This document shows positions 1-53,854 of a DNA stretch of 64,000 nt, in pieces. Source of the DNA: Amoebidium appalachense (Eukaryota > Protista > Ichthyosporea). The DNA lies in the NCBI GenBank assembly GCA_963693365.1, contig CAVNZM010000012.1:3286001-3350000 (forward strand), in the 5' to 3' direction. Each line of letters begins with the position of its first letter. Within the stretch, counting starts at the first letter, position 1. Both the position numbers and the translations under genes were made by a program. Below the pieces are notes generated by a model. It was not told where the DNA came from. It saw nothing but the letters and a program-made list of their open reading frames with translations, and made no database searches.

Positions 1-535
1 TACTTTTGGTGCCAGCCTCTATGTCGCTCTATTGTGTGTGTCGGTGTGGTAAGTGATGGGTCTGAATGATTGATGAATACCAATGGGACAGGATTTGTCG
101 GGTTTTTTTTTGGGTTTTTACATTTGGGGGGGGGGATTTGAGGGTAGGGTGGGGTGGGGTGGGTGGGTGGGTGGGTGGGGGGGGGGGGGGGGGGGAGGGA
201 GGGGGGCGTGGGAGGGGGGGGGGGAGGGGGTGGGGTGAGGGGGGGTATACTCACCTTGAATGGGTGGGGGTGTGAGCAGTTACAGTGAAAGCAAATGACT
301 GATGCTGCAAGTACCTAAACACATGAGCTGGGCAAGAAAGGGGGGGGGGAGGCGGAGGGGAGTGGGGGGGGAGGAAGGGGCTGGGGAAGAAAAACTAGGG
401 ATGAAGGGTCTAAAGTTGATACCACCTGCCGAACATGTTCTTTTTAATCTATCTCTCTCTCTCTGTGCCTAAGCTAATACTTCTTTATCACTCTTAAGGA
501 GCATCCTCTCATTCATTTTTTGAACCGTCAATACC

Positions 536-575
<40 letters not shown>

Positions 576-751
576 CTCCCCCCCCTTCATCCCCCCCCCC
601 TCGCCCTCCCCCTCCCCCCCCCCCCCCCTTCACCGCCGGCACCCCTTCTTAGACACACCTGCATCTCCAGACTCCCTTCTAACCACCACCAATCACTACC
701 CACCCACCCATCACTTTTACTAGCATTCCCTCCCCGCCCCCGTCCCTCCCC

Positions 752-794
<43 letters not shown>

Positions 795-846
795 TTCACC
801 CTCCCTACCCATCCCCCCCTCCCCCCACCCAACCACCCCCCCCCAG

Positions 847-4055
<3,209 letters not shown>

Positions 4056-4897
4056 TTAGCCGTGGGGAAACCTGGCCCTGAACCCCCGCCCATAGTAACT
4101 CGTGGGGAAAGTTGGCCATGAGTTCCCCCCGTCCATGATAAGTCCTTGGGGCTCATCACTTCCAGTGGAAATTGGCCCTGAAATTCCTCCGCCAAGTTGC
4201 AGGGACTTGTTTCAGAACTTATCACTTCCGGTGGATTTTGGCCGTGTATCCCCGCCGTCCATTATCTTTTTGGAGCTCGACACTGCCAGCGGAGATTTGG
4301 TCGTGATTCCCCGCCATCCATGAGAAGTCGTGAGGAACTTTTTGAGGGGGAGGGGGGGGGGGGGTGAAAGAGGAACCCCACCCCCGGGTCACGGCACTGC
4401 AGATCACGGGCACGAGAGTGGAAATAGTGTGTGTTGCACATCATGGTGTCATGCATACACGTGTTTATGTATTTGATGCGCGAATGGCATCTGTAGATCT
4501 CGATTGCAGCTATTTGTATATGTCAACATGCATGCCCGTCAATGACGTGCCACTGGGGTTGCCTCCCATGCAAATGTGTTTGTGATAGCTACTCCTTGAA
4601 AAATCTCTGTACGGATGTATGAAATATGAATGTACATATTTTTAAATGCCCTTAGATTTATAACATGGGGCCTTGTGAACGGGCGATGGGTTCTACGCTA
4701 CCTTCTTGCAGCATGTAATCCGACTAAGTTGTTGTCTGTTTTATTTTGTATCAGCTAGTCACTGTAGCCGTTTAAGGTCTCAGTGTAGTTTATGATCATA
4801 AACCGGCAAGGAGTGCTTAACTATGACCTACACTTGTTACTATGTACATATCTTATCTTGTTTACAGGACTGATGTCGTAACCCTTAAGTGCATTTA

Positions 4898-4932
<35 letters not shown>

Positions 4933-4994
4933 CCCCCCCACCACCACCACCCTTCCTCCCCCACCCCAGACACACACACATACACACAGCATAC

Positions 4995-6598
4995 CAGAAG
5001 CTATTCCAAGGCAACCAAAGCGGAGGCTGGCAGCAAACCAAACCGAAGATCTGGAAAAGACCCCCCCCCCCCCCCAACCCCACCACCCCTCCCTTCTTTC
5101 TAGTTTTTGATTTTCGTGATGGTATTGGTGGAACAGGTTGTAGCACCAACACCAGTGCACACAGACAGCTTGCAATCGCTGCGAAGTAGTGGAAACATGA
5201 CCCACCTTCATGCTGCCAAGGATCTCCTTGGATAGGGCGAGGAACGTGCTTGGGTTCTCAAACCCTGGTATCGTGACCAGGCCCGCAGTCAGACTGGCCG
5301 CAAAATGATCATGGCCAAACCGAGAAAGCACAGCGAGAACAGGGTTAGCACGAAAATCTCACAAAAACTGCCCGATTGCTTGCTGGCATGTCAATTTTTT
5401 TTCCGAATGACTGAAACTCGTCGAAGTTTAATTATAATTACTCGTGCAATCCCTCCCACCAGGTCAATGATTAAACACAACAAGCAAGAGCGCATGTCTA
5501 TGCCATGCTTACCTGATGTGCCATTGATTCAACGACGAAGACCAAGGCAAGAGGAACGTGGATATCCACCCTGTATGCGTCCTGGATGAGATAGACTGGA
5601 TGAGATATGGGATTGCTCGAAGGTCTACGCCCCTGATCTCGACCACTTGCTTTGTATCGTTAATGTAACTGGGGTTGGCCAGACGGCTTCGCCACACGGG
5701 GCTGTGGTCTTCCTGAAATCATCCTCATGTTAGTTTACTTCTTCATCTAGTCTGTGAGCTCCACACTACAGCACAAGGGCAAGAATACCTCTCCACCAAA
5801 GCTATGGCCTTAAAACCTTCAATCACCCTGCCTCCCCCCCACCCCTCACCCTCATACCCCCCATAGGCAGGTTAAGGCAGTTAAGACACCACGTGTACAG
5901 TTACCTAACTTTTCGTTTTCGATCTAGGTTTTTGTCAGCCTAAAATGACAAAGCGGACAAAAAAAAACAGTCATCATAATGTTTGAACTTCGAAAGATGT
6001 GCTCGTGCGTCAGCCTCGCGCGGTCGTCTATATTTATAAAGACTTGGCGCCTGTCAATGCGTGTGCTTGTCTGTTGTGGGAACCAAGGCCTCCTTATCTG
6101 ACAGATAAGGAGGCCTGGTTGGTAGCTCAACAACAAGCATGCTTACAATATAGCGATCACTCTGTTTACCAATGGCCTGCCACCTACTAAGATGGCTCCT
6201 TATTTTTCCTTACACATTCAGCGAACACTGGACTCTATCGAACCATCGAGGCGCCGCGACAGAAAGCATGCACGCGGTCGCGAGAGTGTAAGGGAAAACC
6301 GGACTGCAGCGAACGTAAAGTTCATCGCAGCGCGTGTACACCGTCAGTACGTGTGAGACCAATGGCATGCTTCCAACTGTTCCAACTGCAGCTGCGTGAC
6401 TGCACAAGCGTTCAGCATTTTGCGCAAACCATAAGCCAATCAAAGTTAAAGGAGAAAGGAGCGCGGCGCTCGAGAGCACGGCATTCTCTTTCTGCTAAAA
6501 ATAGACCGCAAGTGGAAGTGCTGTGCAGCTGTGTGCACTGCGCTCACTGTGTCAGCTACAAGACAGGATCGGACTTCAATTCGACTGATGGATGCCAT
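4995..6598 (-). CDS. Tentative small-exon gene of unknown product (weak resemblance to the C9orf72 N-terminal longin/uDENN region); exons include 6598-6548, 6494-?, 5923-5905, 5808-5789, 5712-5513, 5293-~5100
   Basis: Minus-strand ATG at 6598, donors GTGAGC/GTAACT/GTATTC/GTAAGC, acceptors preceded by CTGAC/CTAAC; the four consecutive exons from 5923 down are phase-compatible and read IENEKLGHSFGGEEDHSPVWRSRLANPSYINDTKQVVEIRGVDLRAIPYLIQ..WHISLTAGLVTIPGFENPSTFLALSKEILGSMK. Middle and 3' exons are unresolved. Confidence 0.4.
6081..6120. repeat. 40-bp palindrome
   Basis: aggcctccttatctg (6086-6100) - a - cagataaggaggcct (6102-6116) is a perfect 15-bp inverted repeat, extended by aacc/ggtt. Confidence 0.85.
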
Positions 6599-6784
6599 CG
6601 GAGAGAGCAAGCTTAAGTAAGGTAGAGCTTCATGGGTAGTCATTTTTCGTGATTCTACGGGCAGGTAGAAGAACAGAAAAGTGCTATACACGTACTTTAG
6701 TCGGTGCTATTCATACACATAGCAACTAAGTGCACATGCCAATGATGTAACCTTGACAGCACTGGCACCCATTTTGCCCTAAGA

Positions 6785-44083
<37,299 letters not shown>

Positions 44084-44435
44084 AACCCTCCCGGGAACCC
44101 AATATTGTGGATGGACGAGTGGAAAAGAAACCGTTAGAAAACAGGTGAATGTAGAGAATGTATGTGGTTGGCAAGTTGAACCTCAAAAGAAAAGTAAGCT
44201 ATGATGCGGTTCTTTTTCGAGTCAATCATTACTTGTGGCACACACATGTGTGTGTGCTATTATTAGGTGGGCGAATGAATTAGGATAGTTTTTGTTCGTT
44301 ATTATAGAGCTAACGATGATCGGGCTGCTCATGATTCGAGGTACTCAGTCTGGCATGGCTGTGACGATACTATATTTGTTCTCTTTAGTATCAGGTGTCC
44401 GTATGCAGTCCCCCCCCCCCCCCCTTTCTTTCTTT

Positions 44436-44466
<31 letters not shown>

Positions 44467-44471
44467 CGTGT

Positions 44472-44502
<31 letters not shown>

Positions 44503-44939
44503 CTATGTGCTGGGCCTTAGCAGTTGCATCCGTGCATGTAATCTATAAACGAATGGGGACCTGTTTGCGCAAAAGTGATGTGATTGACGATCCGGACTGT
44601 TTTTTGTGTTGCAGATGGCTTATAGGCATGTAACAGTGAGATAAAAAAATATGTTCAAGAAATGATATGTTGAATTGAAATCGATTTGTGTGCAGCTGAG
44701 TTATACAACATATGGGGTGCAAAATGCTGCAGTCTCTACAAGTACTTCCTATTTGCGTTTTGTTTTAGGACGTACATTGCAGCCGTGGCAGAGCATGATA
44801 ATTAAAAAGAAGCCACCAATAAACACCAGTGCTCGGCGCATAAATTAATATTGGGCGCTGCAAAACCACACAGCTTGCAATTGGTGTACACAACATTGTG
44901 TCAGCGACCCTGTCATATATGCATAAGTACTTATGTTGA

Positions 44940-44976
<37 letters not shown>

Positions 44977-46870
44977 CCCCTCCCTCCCCCCCCCCCCCCC
45001 CCCCCCCTCCATACACACGCACTCGCCCCCCACGTTACGGTACACACGCAGTGCCTCACTGGCAACACGGGTCACACGAGGGGGGGAAAAAGACAAGAGA
45101 AGATAGAATTTCTGAAAATGAAAGAAAGGAAAGGAAGGTTTGGAGAAGGGGGAGGAGCTCGGGCAAAGAAATTTCAATGACTGAAAAAAGAAACGAAGTT
45201 CCAAAGAGAGGTAAATTGGGAGGATTCCGGGAGGAAAAAAAAATTGAGCTGCTGGGCCGGGTGAAGAGGGAGGTGATCTGGGAGGTCCTGTGGGGAGTCT
45301 CAGAGCCCCCCCCCCCCCCCCCCCCCCCCCCCGGGGGGGCTGGAGGAGTGGAGAAATAATCCCACCGTGATTTTGAAATTATTAGCGATTGATGCTAATC
45401 GTATCGATCGTGTCACGGTGTGTCGAATATATGACCGGGCCATGATATTAGTGAAGTTTCAGACCAATGACACCCCACCGACCGTATACGTATACGTACA
45501 TGAACGTCCCCGTACAATTGCAACGGCATACAAACACATGGCATGTACAACATGTGCACTGCTTAGTGGCCGTGCATGCACAACAAACAATGAAAATAAA
45601 GTAGGAATGTACATGCACACGTTCACTGCACATGTGTACTGACATGATCTGTTCGGATTCAGCTCTGCGCTTCCATGGCCAGAGTACTAGTAGTTGCACA
45701 GCATCATCAGTCGACTGTGTGTGGTGCTGTCTGCGGTAGCAACACGCATCATTTAGAAAACAAGTCGTTCTATTATATTTTGCCAGTGTATACATGTATG
45801 ACTATGTCAAAATTATAAATTGTTTTTCTTTTTTCTTGCCACAACCGTTCATTAGAAAAATAAAGTAGGAATATTGATGCATCATCGTGCACATCTCTCA
45901 GTCACGCACAGATCTCATGGGAGGAACTGAGCGACTCAGAGCCAGATAAAATGTTCCAATCATCAATCGCATTGATTTACTTTATTTAGAATATTGATGT
46001 CGCAATAGTCCGCGGCCGTGGGTCCCGTGAGATCGATAGCAGACAAGTTCAGGTTGCGATATCTTAAAAAGACAGCCACCAAATTAACCTTTATATGCAT
46101 TAAAATGTGTTATTATTATTATTATTTACCTAATTTCATTGTTGTTTTTTTTCTATAGACGGCCCTGGGGCACTTTTATTTTATTTGGTTCAACATCTCG
46201 GCTCTTGATACTGATAACGAGGCTTATTCTCATTCCATCTTCAATGGAATGCAAAAGCTGTCGTTACGCTAATATGATTCGCTTTTGAGGCATCCGTTCC
46301 AAATTCTCGCTTTTAGTAGAAAATTCCTCCTGAGTCATCATCCTTGACGTAACGTGAAATTTGCTGGCGTCATGTTCATGTCCCTTCCTTTCGTGATAAG
46401 GCGTTTATGGTTTTTTCCCCTCATAAATTTGCCTTCTTGCTGAAAATTCAGCCAGTTTAACCGTGAACTGGTTTACAATGCACCAAAAGCAGTCGTCTTG
46501 TTTGAGCGAACTCTTTTTGCTGCTGTATGCTTAGAGCTGTGTGTCCAAATTGGCACATATTTGACTCCGTGTTTCGGTGTTCCGGGTGATCGTAAGCAAG
46601 TCTTTTTCTCAGAACGCCATTTGTTTGTTGGTTTGTTTTCTCCCAGCACAGCTCAACTTCCCTTGTGGGTATCCAATTATTTTCTAATAAGCCATAGACC
46701 CATCGGAGCTCCATATCTCCAACTTTGCACTGAGTGGACTCCGAGGAACAACTGACTCAAGCGTGGACATCACATCGAACATAGTCTGAGGACTTGCAAC
46801 TCGATTTCTTCCACAAGAAAAACCAACTCCTAGTACACACTCATACACCCCCAGAACCCCAGTCGTGAAA

Positions 46871-47397
46871 ATGGGGCGTCTGCAAAACAGCCACAACGTG
46901 TGGGTGCTCCTCGTTCCCACCGCCCTTTTCGCGTTGGTTTTCTTTTCCACCGTGTGCAATGGGCAGAACCTCTTGCAGTCGTGCTTCTCGCTGCCTTGCA
47001 TGAACGCCAACCAGCGGTGTTGGTATCCGGACATGGTGTGCCTGACCATGCCCTACATGTACTGCGGCTACTATCCGGCCTACGACTTTTGCACCCCCGG
47101 ATACATCTGTTGGAACGGGTAAGTTATGTCGTGACCCCTGCCGCATTAGATATTAGTGACATGTACACAGTGATTGTGTCGTCAATAATTGATGGTGCCA
47201 AAACGAGGGTCGGATTATTAAACTTTACTCAATCATATCGTACCTACAGTAGGAGACTTCAGAAAACTGGTAATTATCAGGCATAAAGGGAGCGCTGACA
47301 GTCGGATAGGGTGCGCGTAAATGGATGCACGGATTGAGAAGTGAAGAAGGGGCGAGTGAGGGGAGAAGGGTGTGTGTGGTGGTGGTGGTGGTGGTGG

Positions 47398-47436
<39 letters not shown>

Positions 47437-48675
47437 ATAAGTGCTTACTATCTATTGTTCTTGTTTCAGTAAAGTGTGGCCTTTGAGCACCAACTTCTGA
47501 ATCAACACATGACTTCGGGAGAAAGTGTAAGGGCAACCCAGAAACTGGCACTCCCAGGCTATCCACACAGGTTTCTCGGCTTGAACTTATCTAATTGTAG
47601 TGTATAACTTTGTGCATAAATGACAAAACCGTTACGCTTACCCATGGCCATAACTTACCATGCACTTAACATGAAGCTGTAAAATTTGACTTGCTACAAA
47701 CGACCCTATTTCTTTGATGATGATCGTTGTGATTGCCCCCATACCTGTGCGAGGCACAAAAGTAACTCTAACACCACCGTCCTTTTTTTTTCTTCCCCTC
47801 CCTCTTTTTTTTTAAAAACCAGATTCTGCCAGCCTTGGGTGGCAACAATGGACACATCTGCATCCGTATCCACCTACCAGTCCACGGCAACGGACACAGT
47901 CTCCTACACCATCACCAACACAGTGTCCTACACCCCCACCCCCACCTCCCACCCCACCTCCTACTATCCATCCGCTTCGCCCACCTGGCCCACCCCCGAA
48001 CCATCGCCCACAACTGGAGGAGTGAGCGGAGACAGTTCAGGGCTTTCAGATGGAGCCAAGATTGCGATAATCGTTTTGGTGGTGGCTGTGGTAACTGCTG
48101 GTCTGATCATACTCATATGTTGCTGTGTGCGTAGGCGCAATCGTCAAACAGTGATCAACAACATCACCACAAACGTAAAGATGAGCCCCATACCGACGAC
48201 CTCGAACGACAACCACCCAAAGGAACAGCCTGCAAAAGCCACCGTGAACTCTGGCCAATCAAACGTCCCCGACGCAAACATCGTTCACATCCCATCCAAC
48301 CAAAACCCTCCTGCATTGAATCCCTCAGGGCGCAATACAACAGGACAACAGACATCCTTTTCCGGTCTCCCATCCAATAGAAATGCACATGTTACTACCC
48401 CCGCCAACCCACCAAACATCCCACCAGGTGTTATGGAAAGAGGTGGTGTTCCTCCCGTCGTCCCTCCCGCACCTCCTGCGAGCAACACACCGACCACTGC
48501 GGGGGCCCCCTCTCGTGGGAGCAACTGGTATGCACGCTGGTGGACTGGGCCGGGATATGACCCGATGGCTGAAAGCACATCTGAAGGCCCCCCTGACTAC
48601 AATGCAACTATGGGGACAGCGGCAGGAAAACCCCCCGTTGCTACACCTGCGCCGGTGATGAGTGTGACCGTTTAA
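46871..48675 (+). CDS. Single-pass type I membrane protein: signal peptide, 8-Cys domain, Ser/Thr/Pro stalk, TM helix, CCC-RRR, Pro-rich tail with PPDY; exons 46871-47118 and 47823-48675
   Basis: GTAAGT donor at 47119 and CCAG acceptor at 47822 are phase-compatible (..CWNG/FCQPW..); hydrophobic leader VWVLLVPTALFALVFF; TM IAIIVLVVAVVTAGLIILICCCV followed by RRRNR. Confidence 0.85.
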
Positions 48676-49686
48676 AGTAGCGTGGCAGCCTGTATGTTTA
48701 TGGTAAAGGAAATTAGCACACTGCAATTATTGCATAATAAATTAGTTGAAGGGTTTTGTGGTGAGGAAGGGTTTTAGTCACCCTGCAGTGTCCGTTGTCG
48801 ATCCTCGGGAAGGGGAGAAGGGCATGGGTGTGTGCCAGTGTGTGTGTGTGTGTGTGTTTGGGGGGGGGGGGGGGGAGGGGTTGGGAGGGGGGGGGGGGGG
48901 GGGTTGTCATTGCTGTAGGATGGTTTATGTAGTCTACTAAATGTTTACTATAGCATATACCTATGCCGTAGAGGCACGGTCTAACATTTGATGGATCAAT
49001 GGGGTTGTCAGTCATTGGGCATTCATATGCATGTGCACGTGACCACCAAGCTGGCTGCGTGAATGTTATTCGTAAATAATTTTTATTCGTGAATAATTTT
49101 TGTAACTTTTGCATATACTGTATTCATTCAACTTTGTTATCAGAATTCCGGTCCAATAGTCCCTCATTTAAGGTGTAGTGTAATGTGTAATGTATATAGG
49201 TCACTCGATTTTTTACGCGGTTCTTATAACTAGAACCTTTCTTTTGTATGTGTGTATGTTGGGGGGGGGGGGGGGGGGGGGGGGAAGGGGGGAGCAGGAG
49301 GGGGGGGGGGGGGGGAGGGGAGGGGGCTGGGGGGCTTTTCGTGTTGTTTTCATCCGATTCTATCAATATTTTAAATTAAATGCAACAACACTGTAGGATA
49401 CGTCAGGGTAGTGTACTGTACATAAAAAAACTCGCCTTTTTTAACTCAGTTGTGGTTAGTAAACTCTCTATTCTTTTTAAAAAAAAAACAAAAAAAAAAT
49501 TGGTGCTGGTGTTTGGGTATTGACTCTGTGCATGTGTGTGTGTGTGGGTGTGTGTTAAAGCGTGGGTTCGTGTGTGTGTGTGGGTGGGTGCATGTGTGCA
49601 CGATGGATGTGTGTGTGTGTGTGTGTGTATGTATGTGTGTGAGTGTATGTGTGTGTGTGTGCACGCGCGAGCGTGCATGCGTGTAT

Positions 49687-49749
<63 letters not shown>

Positions 49750-49775
49750 CGGGTGCTCGCGTGCGTGTGTGTCTC

Positions 49776-49868
<93 letters not shown>

Positions 49869-50498
49869 CACGTATGTATGTGTGCACGTGACATGGTTCA
49901 GGTTGTACATACACAGTGTAATCTTGCAGACGGATGTGTGCTCTAAATTCATAGATGTACATACACTGTATATGGTTGTGTGGTTTTAGATTTAACGGTG
50001 TGCACGTGATCAATGCCTTTTATTGTCCATGGCCAACGGTTACTGCAGCAAGGAGGGCCCACCGGTACCATTTTCTGTTAGGCAACAGCGAACTATCCAG
50101 GAAAACGGAAAGGCTGCATAGGTGGCTAGGCAGGGTAAACATACATACATAGGTGCATCACATGAGGGAGGTTGTAGGGGTAAAAAAAAAGAGAAAACGG
50201 AGTTCCAGAAATTGTGCAGGAACACTCTGTTTTCCCCGGAAGGAAGGGGGAGGGGGGGGGGAGGCGTGGGGTGGGGTGGGGTGGTGGTGGTGGTGATGGG
50301 GAGAGGGGAGGGGGGGGAGGGGGGGGAGGGGGGGGGGGGGAGGGGGGGGGGAGGGTAAAAGGTGTTTTTGCTCAATGGTCCGAGTATTTGACTAAATGAG
50401 TGGGTTAGGACGCATGCTTAGCTAGAGAGGGGAGGAAGGGCAGGAGCCCACATAGTACATAGACGGCAAATTCCCCGAGAGAGTGTTCTCAGTGTGTT

Positions 50499-50638
<140 letters not shown>

Positions 50639-50696
50639 ATGTGTGTGTGCGTGTGTGCGTGTGTGTCACGGTGTGCGTGTGTGTGTGTATGTGTGT

Positions 50697-50735
<39 letters not shown>

Positions 50736-50823
50736 TGTGTGTGCATGTGTGCGTGCATGCGTGCGCACGCGCGCGCGCGCGTGTGTGTGCATGTGTGTGC
50801 GCGTGTGTGTGTTTGTGTGTCTG

Positions 50824-50874
<51 letters not shown>

Positions 50875-51800
50875 CACACGCGCGCACGCGCGCGTGCGTC
50901 TGGGTGCACGTGGGTGCCAACTGGTGGATGCCACTGGATCATGATGGTGGGTGGGTTGGTGTGGGCGGGTGTGGATGTGGGCAGTGGGTGGGCTGCTGTG
51001 CGCGGTGTGTGCCTTTGTTCTTAAATGTATGTGTTTATGTGTATGTAGACTATTTGAGGTACACCGCTGCTTTGTTGCTTGCCTACGCAGCGCTGATGAA
51101 TGAGAGAAATGAAGAGCGAGTGTGCAGGTGCTTGCACGTCCTGACTATTCCCTCCAGCCGCTGTAAGATGAAATTTCACTTCGCCAATCTGCGCAATGCA
51201 TGTACATGTGTAGTGCCGAGCTCTAGAACGGAAGACGCCGGAACTGAAGGGGATCCCGGCCAGCAGTCGCCCCCAGGCGGGGGATGATTTCCCTCTGGAT
51301 TTTCCCGCCAAAAATTTTCCCCTCTGTAGTCTGAGCAATGACGTCATCATTTGAGTGATTTGGCGTTTGAATCGTATTGTTGGGCCCATTCAATTCTGCA
51401 CAACCTCTAACTCGGTTCGTAGTCTTGTTTCTGTAATCTTTGTTTTCCCCGTTGGAAGTTATCACTGAAGTATTCATAAACTCGTATAAACTACGCCTCA
51501 CCATTCCCATGGTGTTCAAGTTAACGTCTTGTGGCATTCTCGACTCTCCCATCCACAATTAATGTCATTCGGGACCCCTCATGACGAACTTCCCCTCAGC
51601 ATTGAAAATCTGTTCGCAGCCATCTTTGCCCCCTTCCTACTTAACAGCAGTCGCTTCAAGTGATAATATTATATTATCTTTGACTTTCAGCAACAGCTTT
51701 TCAATGAGCTAGGAAATTAAGAAGGGCACCGCCCCAGTTGTTTGTGGCTGGTAGAGACAGCACCACATCTCCTCCCCCACATCTTTTTTGCGCTGTAGCC

Positions 51801-52328
51801 ATGAGTTCCACAGCGTTTTTGTCATCCACTGAGCAGTTTGAAAAAGATGTTACATCTGTTCTTGAGCGCATGGCGGCCACGGCACGAGAGCTGTGCGCCA
51901 AAGAGGCCGCTTTAAAGGCAGAAGCAGAGACCCTGCAGAGAGACAGAAGAAAGCTAAACGATGACAGGTGTGTGACCGAACCGAATATTCCCCCCTCCCC
52001 CCCGCCGCCCCTCTCCCCCCCCCCCCCCCCTCCCCCCCCCCCACACACACACACGCCTACACAGCATTCCTTCCCCGAAGACTGCATCTCTCCTCCCCTT
52101 GCCCCCCATCTCCCCCCCCCACCCGACTCCTCCTCCACCCCCCTCCCTACACACCGACACACCGACCCAGCCATCAAGCCAATGCTACTTCGCGGCTTCC
52201 CTACTCCTAACTCGTACTGACCCTTCAAAAAACAACACCCCGCCGCTAACCCCCTTTCCCTATTTGTGTCCGAGCTCTTTTGTTGTCTTTTTCAACAGTA
52301 GTGCCTTAGTTAGACTCACCAGTTCCAG

Positions 52329-52370
<42 letters not shown>

Positions 52371-52631
52371 CCGGCCTCCCCCACCTCCCCTCTCCCCCCT
52401 TCCCCCCCGGTGGTTGACTTTGGTTCGCCTTAAGGTGGGCCTATATGTTATGTGCATACTCTTTAATATTACTACTTTTGCAAGACTTGCATTTTTTTCC
52501 GCAATGAATGTGTACCTCGCATTCTGAAACGCTTTCCTATACCCCCCTCCCCCCTCCCCCCCCCCCCCCCCACACACACACACACATACCACTCATCCCC
52601 TTGGAGACTCTTTATTCTTCTTTCCTCCCCC

Positions 52632-52663
<32 letters not shown>

Positions 52664-52985
52664 TGGCACCACGGCCACCCCTCCAACCACTACACTTTCA
52701 CATACACCCCCCCCCCCCTCCCCCTCATCCCTTCTTGTTTTGGCCGTTTATTGAACCTCCTCCCCCCCCCCCTCCCTCCCTTCTCTCTTCCTCCTCCCCC
52801 CCCCCCCCCCCCCTCCACCGCTCGCCCCTGTCCTGCACATAGTCATTTTTTGTCGAAATGCCCGTTGTGGCCTTTACCTGCTTTCCTCAACTCTTGACCT
52901 GTTGAGAACGTGATTTGGGTTTCTGTAGATTGTGAATGGGTGGGTGGGTGTTTTTTTTTTTTCTTTCTTTCTTTTTTTTTTTTGT

Positions 52986-53033
<48 letters not shown>

Positions 53034-53854
53034 ATGGTGCCTTAAGTCTTGTGTCACACAAGACAAGTGTGACTGTTGCAGTGTCTGTGAGGAGATGGGA
53101 GGAGAGGGGGGAGGGGGGGGGGGGGGGGGGAGAGGGGGAGGGGGAGGGGAGAGGACGGGGGACACACACACATATAAACACACGTGCGTGTGTGTGTGTG
53201 CCACGCGCGCGCACACACACACACTAAAGCAACGGTGGTGTCGACATGCTCATTTTTTCTTTTTCTCTCTCTGCACATATACCTCATCACCTCATGCATC
53301 TGTATTCCCTGGGCCCCACCCATACATACTCAACACTGGCAAATTTCTCCGAGCTTGTCTGCCTGGTTTCCTGCATGAATTCCTGTGATAGACCAAAAAT
53401 GTAGTATTATACACAAACATTCTCATTGACTTTTTTTTTTTTTTTTTTTTTTTTGGTTGTATGCAGGGAGCGCTTTGCAACCGAGTGCGAGTCCGTGCGT
53501 CAACTCAACCAACAACTCACCGACCAGATTGTTCTCGACGTGGGCGGCCGCCTCTTCCACACCACCCGCCAGACCCTCTGCTCGGTGCCGGGCTCCATGC
53601 TGGCCGCATGGTTCAGCGGCCGCCACACCATCCAAACCCGCCCGGATGGTTCGGTTTTCATCGATCGCTCACCCGTTCTGTTTGAGTATGTGCTTGATTT
53701 TCTGGGTACAGGTGGGATCAACTCGTTGCTGCCTGCGGATAAACATGCGAAATTACGGCTTCAGGATGAGTTTGAGTTTTTCTGTCTGTCATGGCCATAC
53801 GCAGAGTCGTCGATTGTGGACTTATGCCGTGGGTTGGTCGAGCTGCAGTTGTGA
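51801..53854 (+). CDS. Coiled-coil + KCTD/T1-type BTB/POZ protein; exons 51801-51967 and 53467-53854
   Basis: Phase-compatible GT-AG intron; IVLDVGGRLFHTTRQTL..PGSMLAAWFSG..DGSVFIDRSPVLFEYVLDFL..EFEFFCL is the KCTD BTB signature; helical ELCAKEAALKAEAETLQRDRRKL before it. Confidence 0.9.

Noticed and set aside
255-314. Minus-strand 60-nt exon candidate (TTTAG..AAG|GTGAGT)
   Set aside because: Good splice signals but no partner exons or recognisable peptide.
51021-51558. High-complexity ORFs of 111-122 aa upstream of the BTB gene
   Set aside because: No motif, no convincing start or splice chain.
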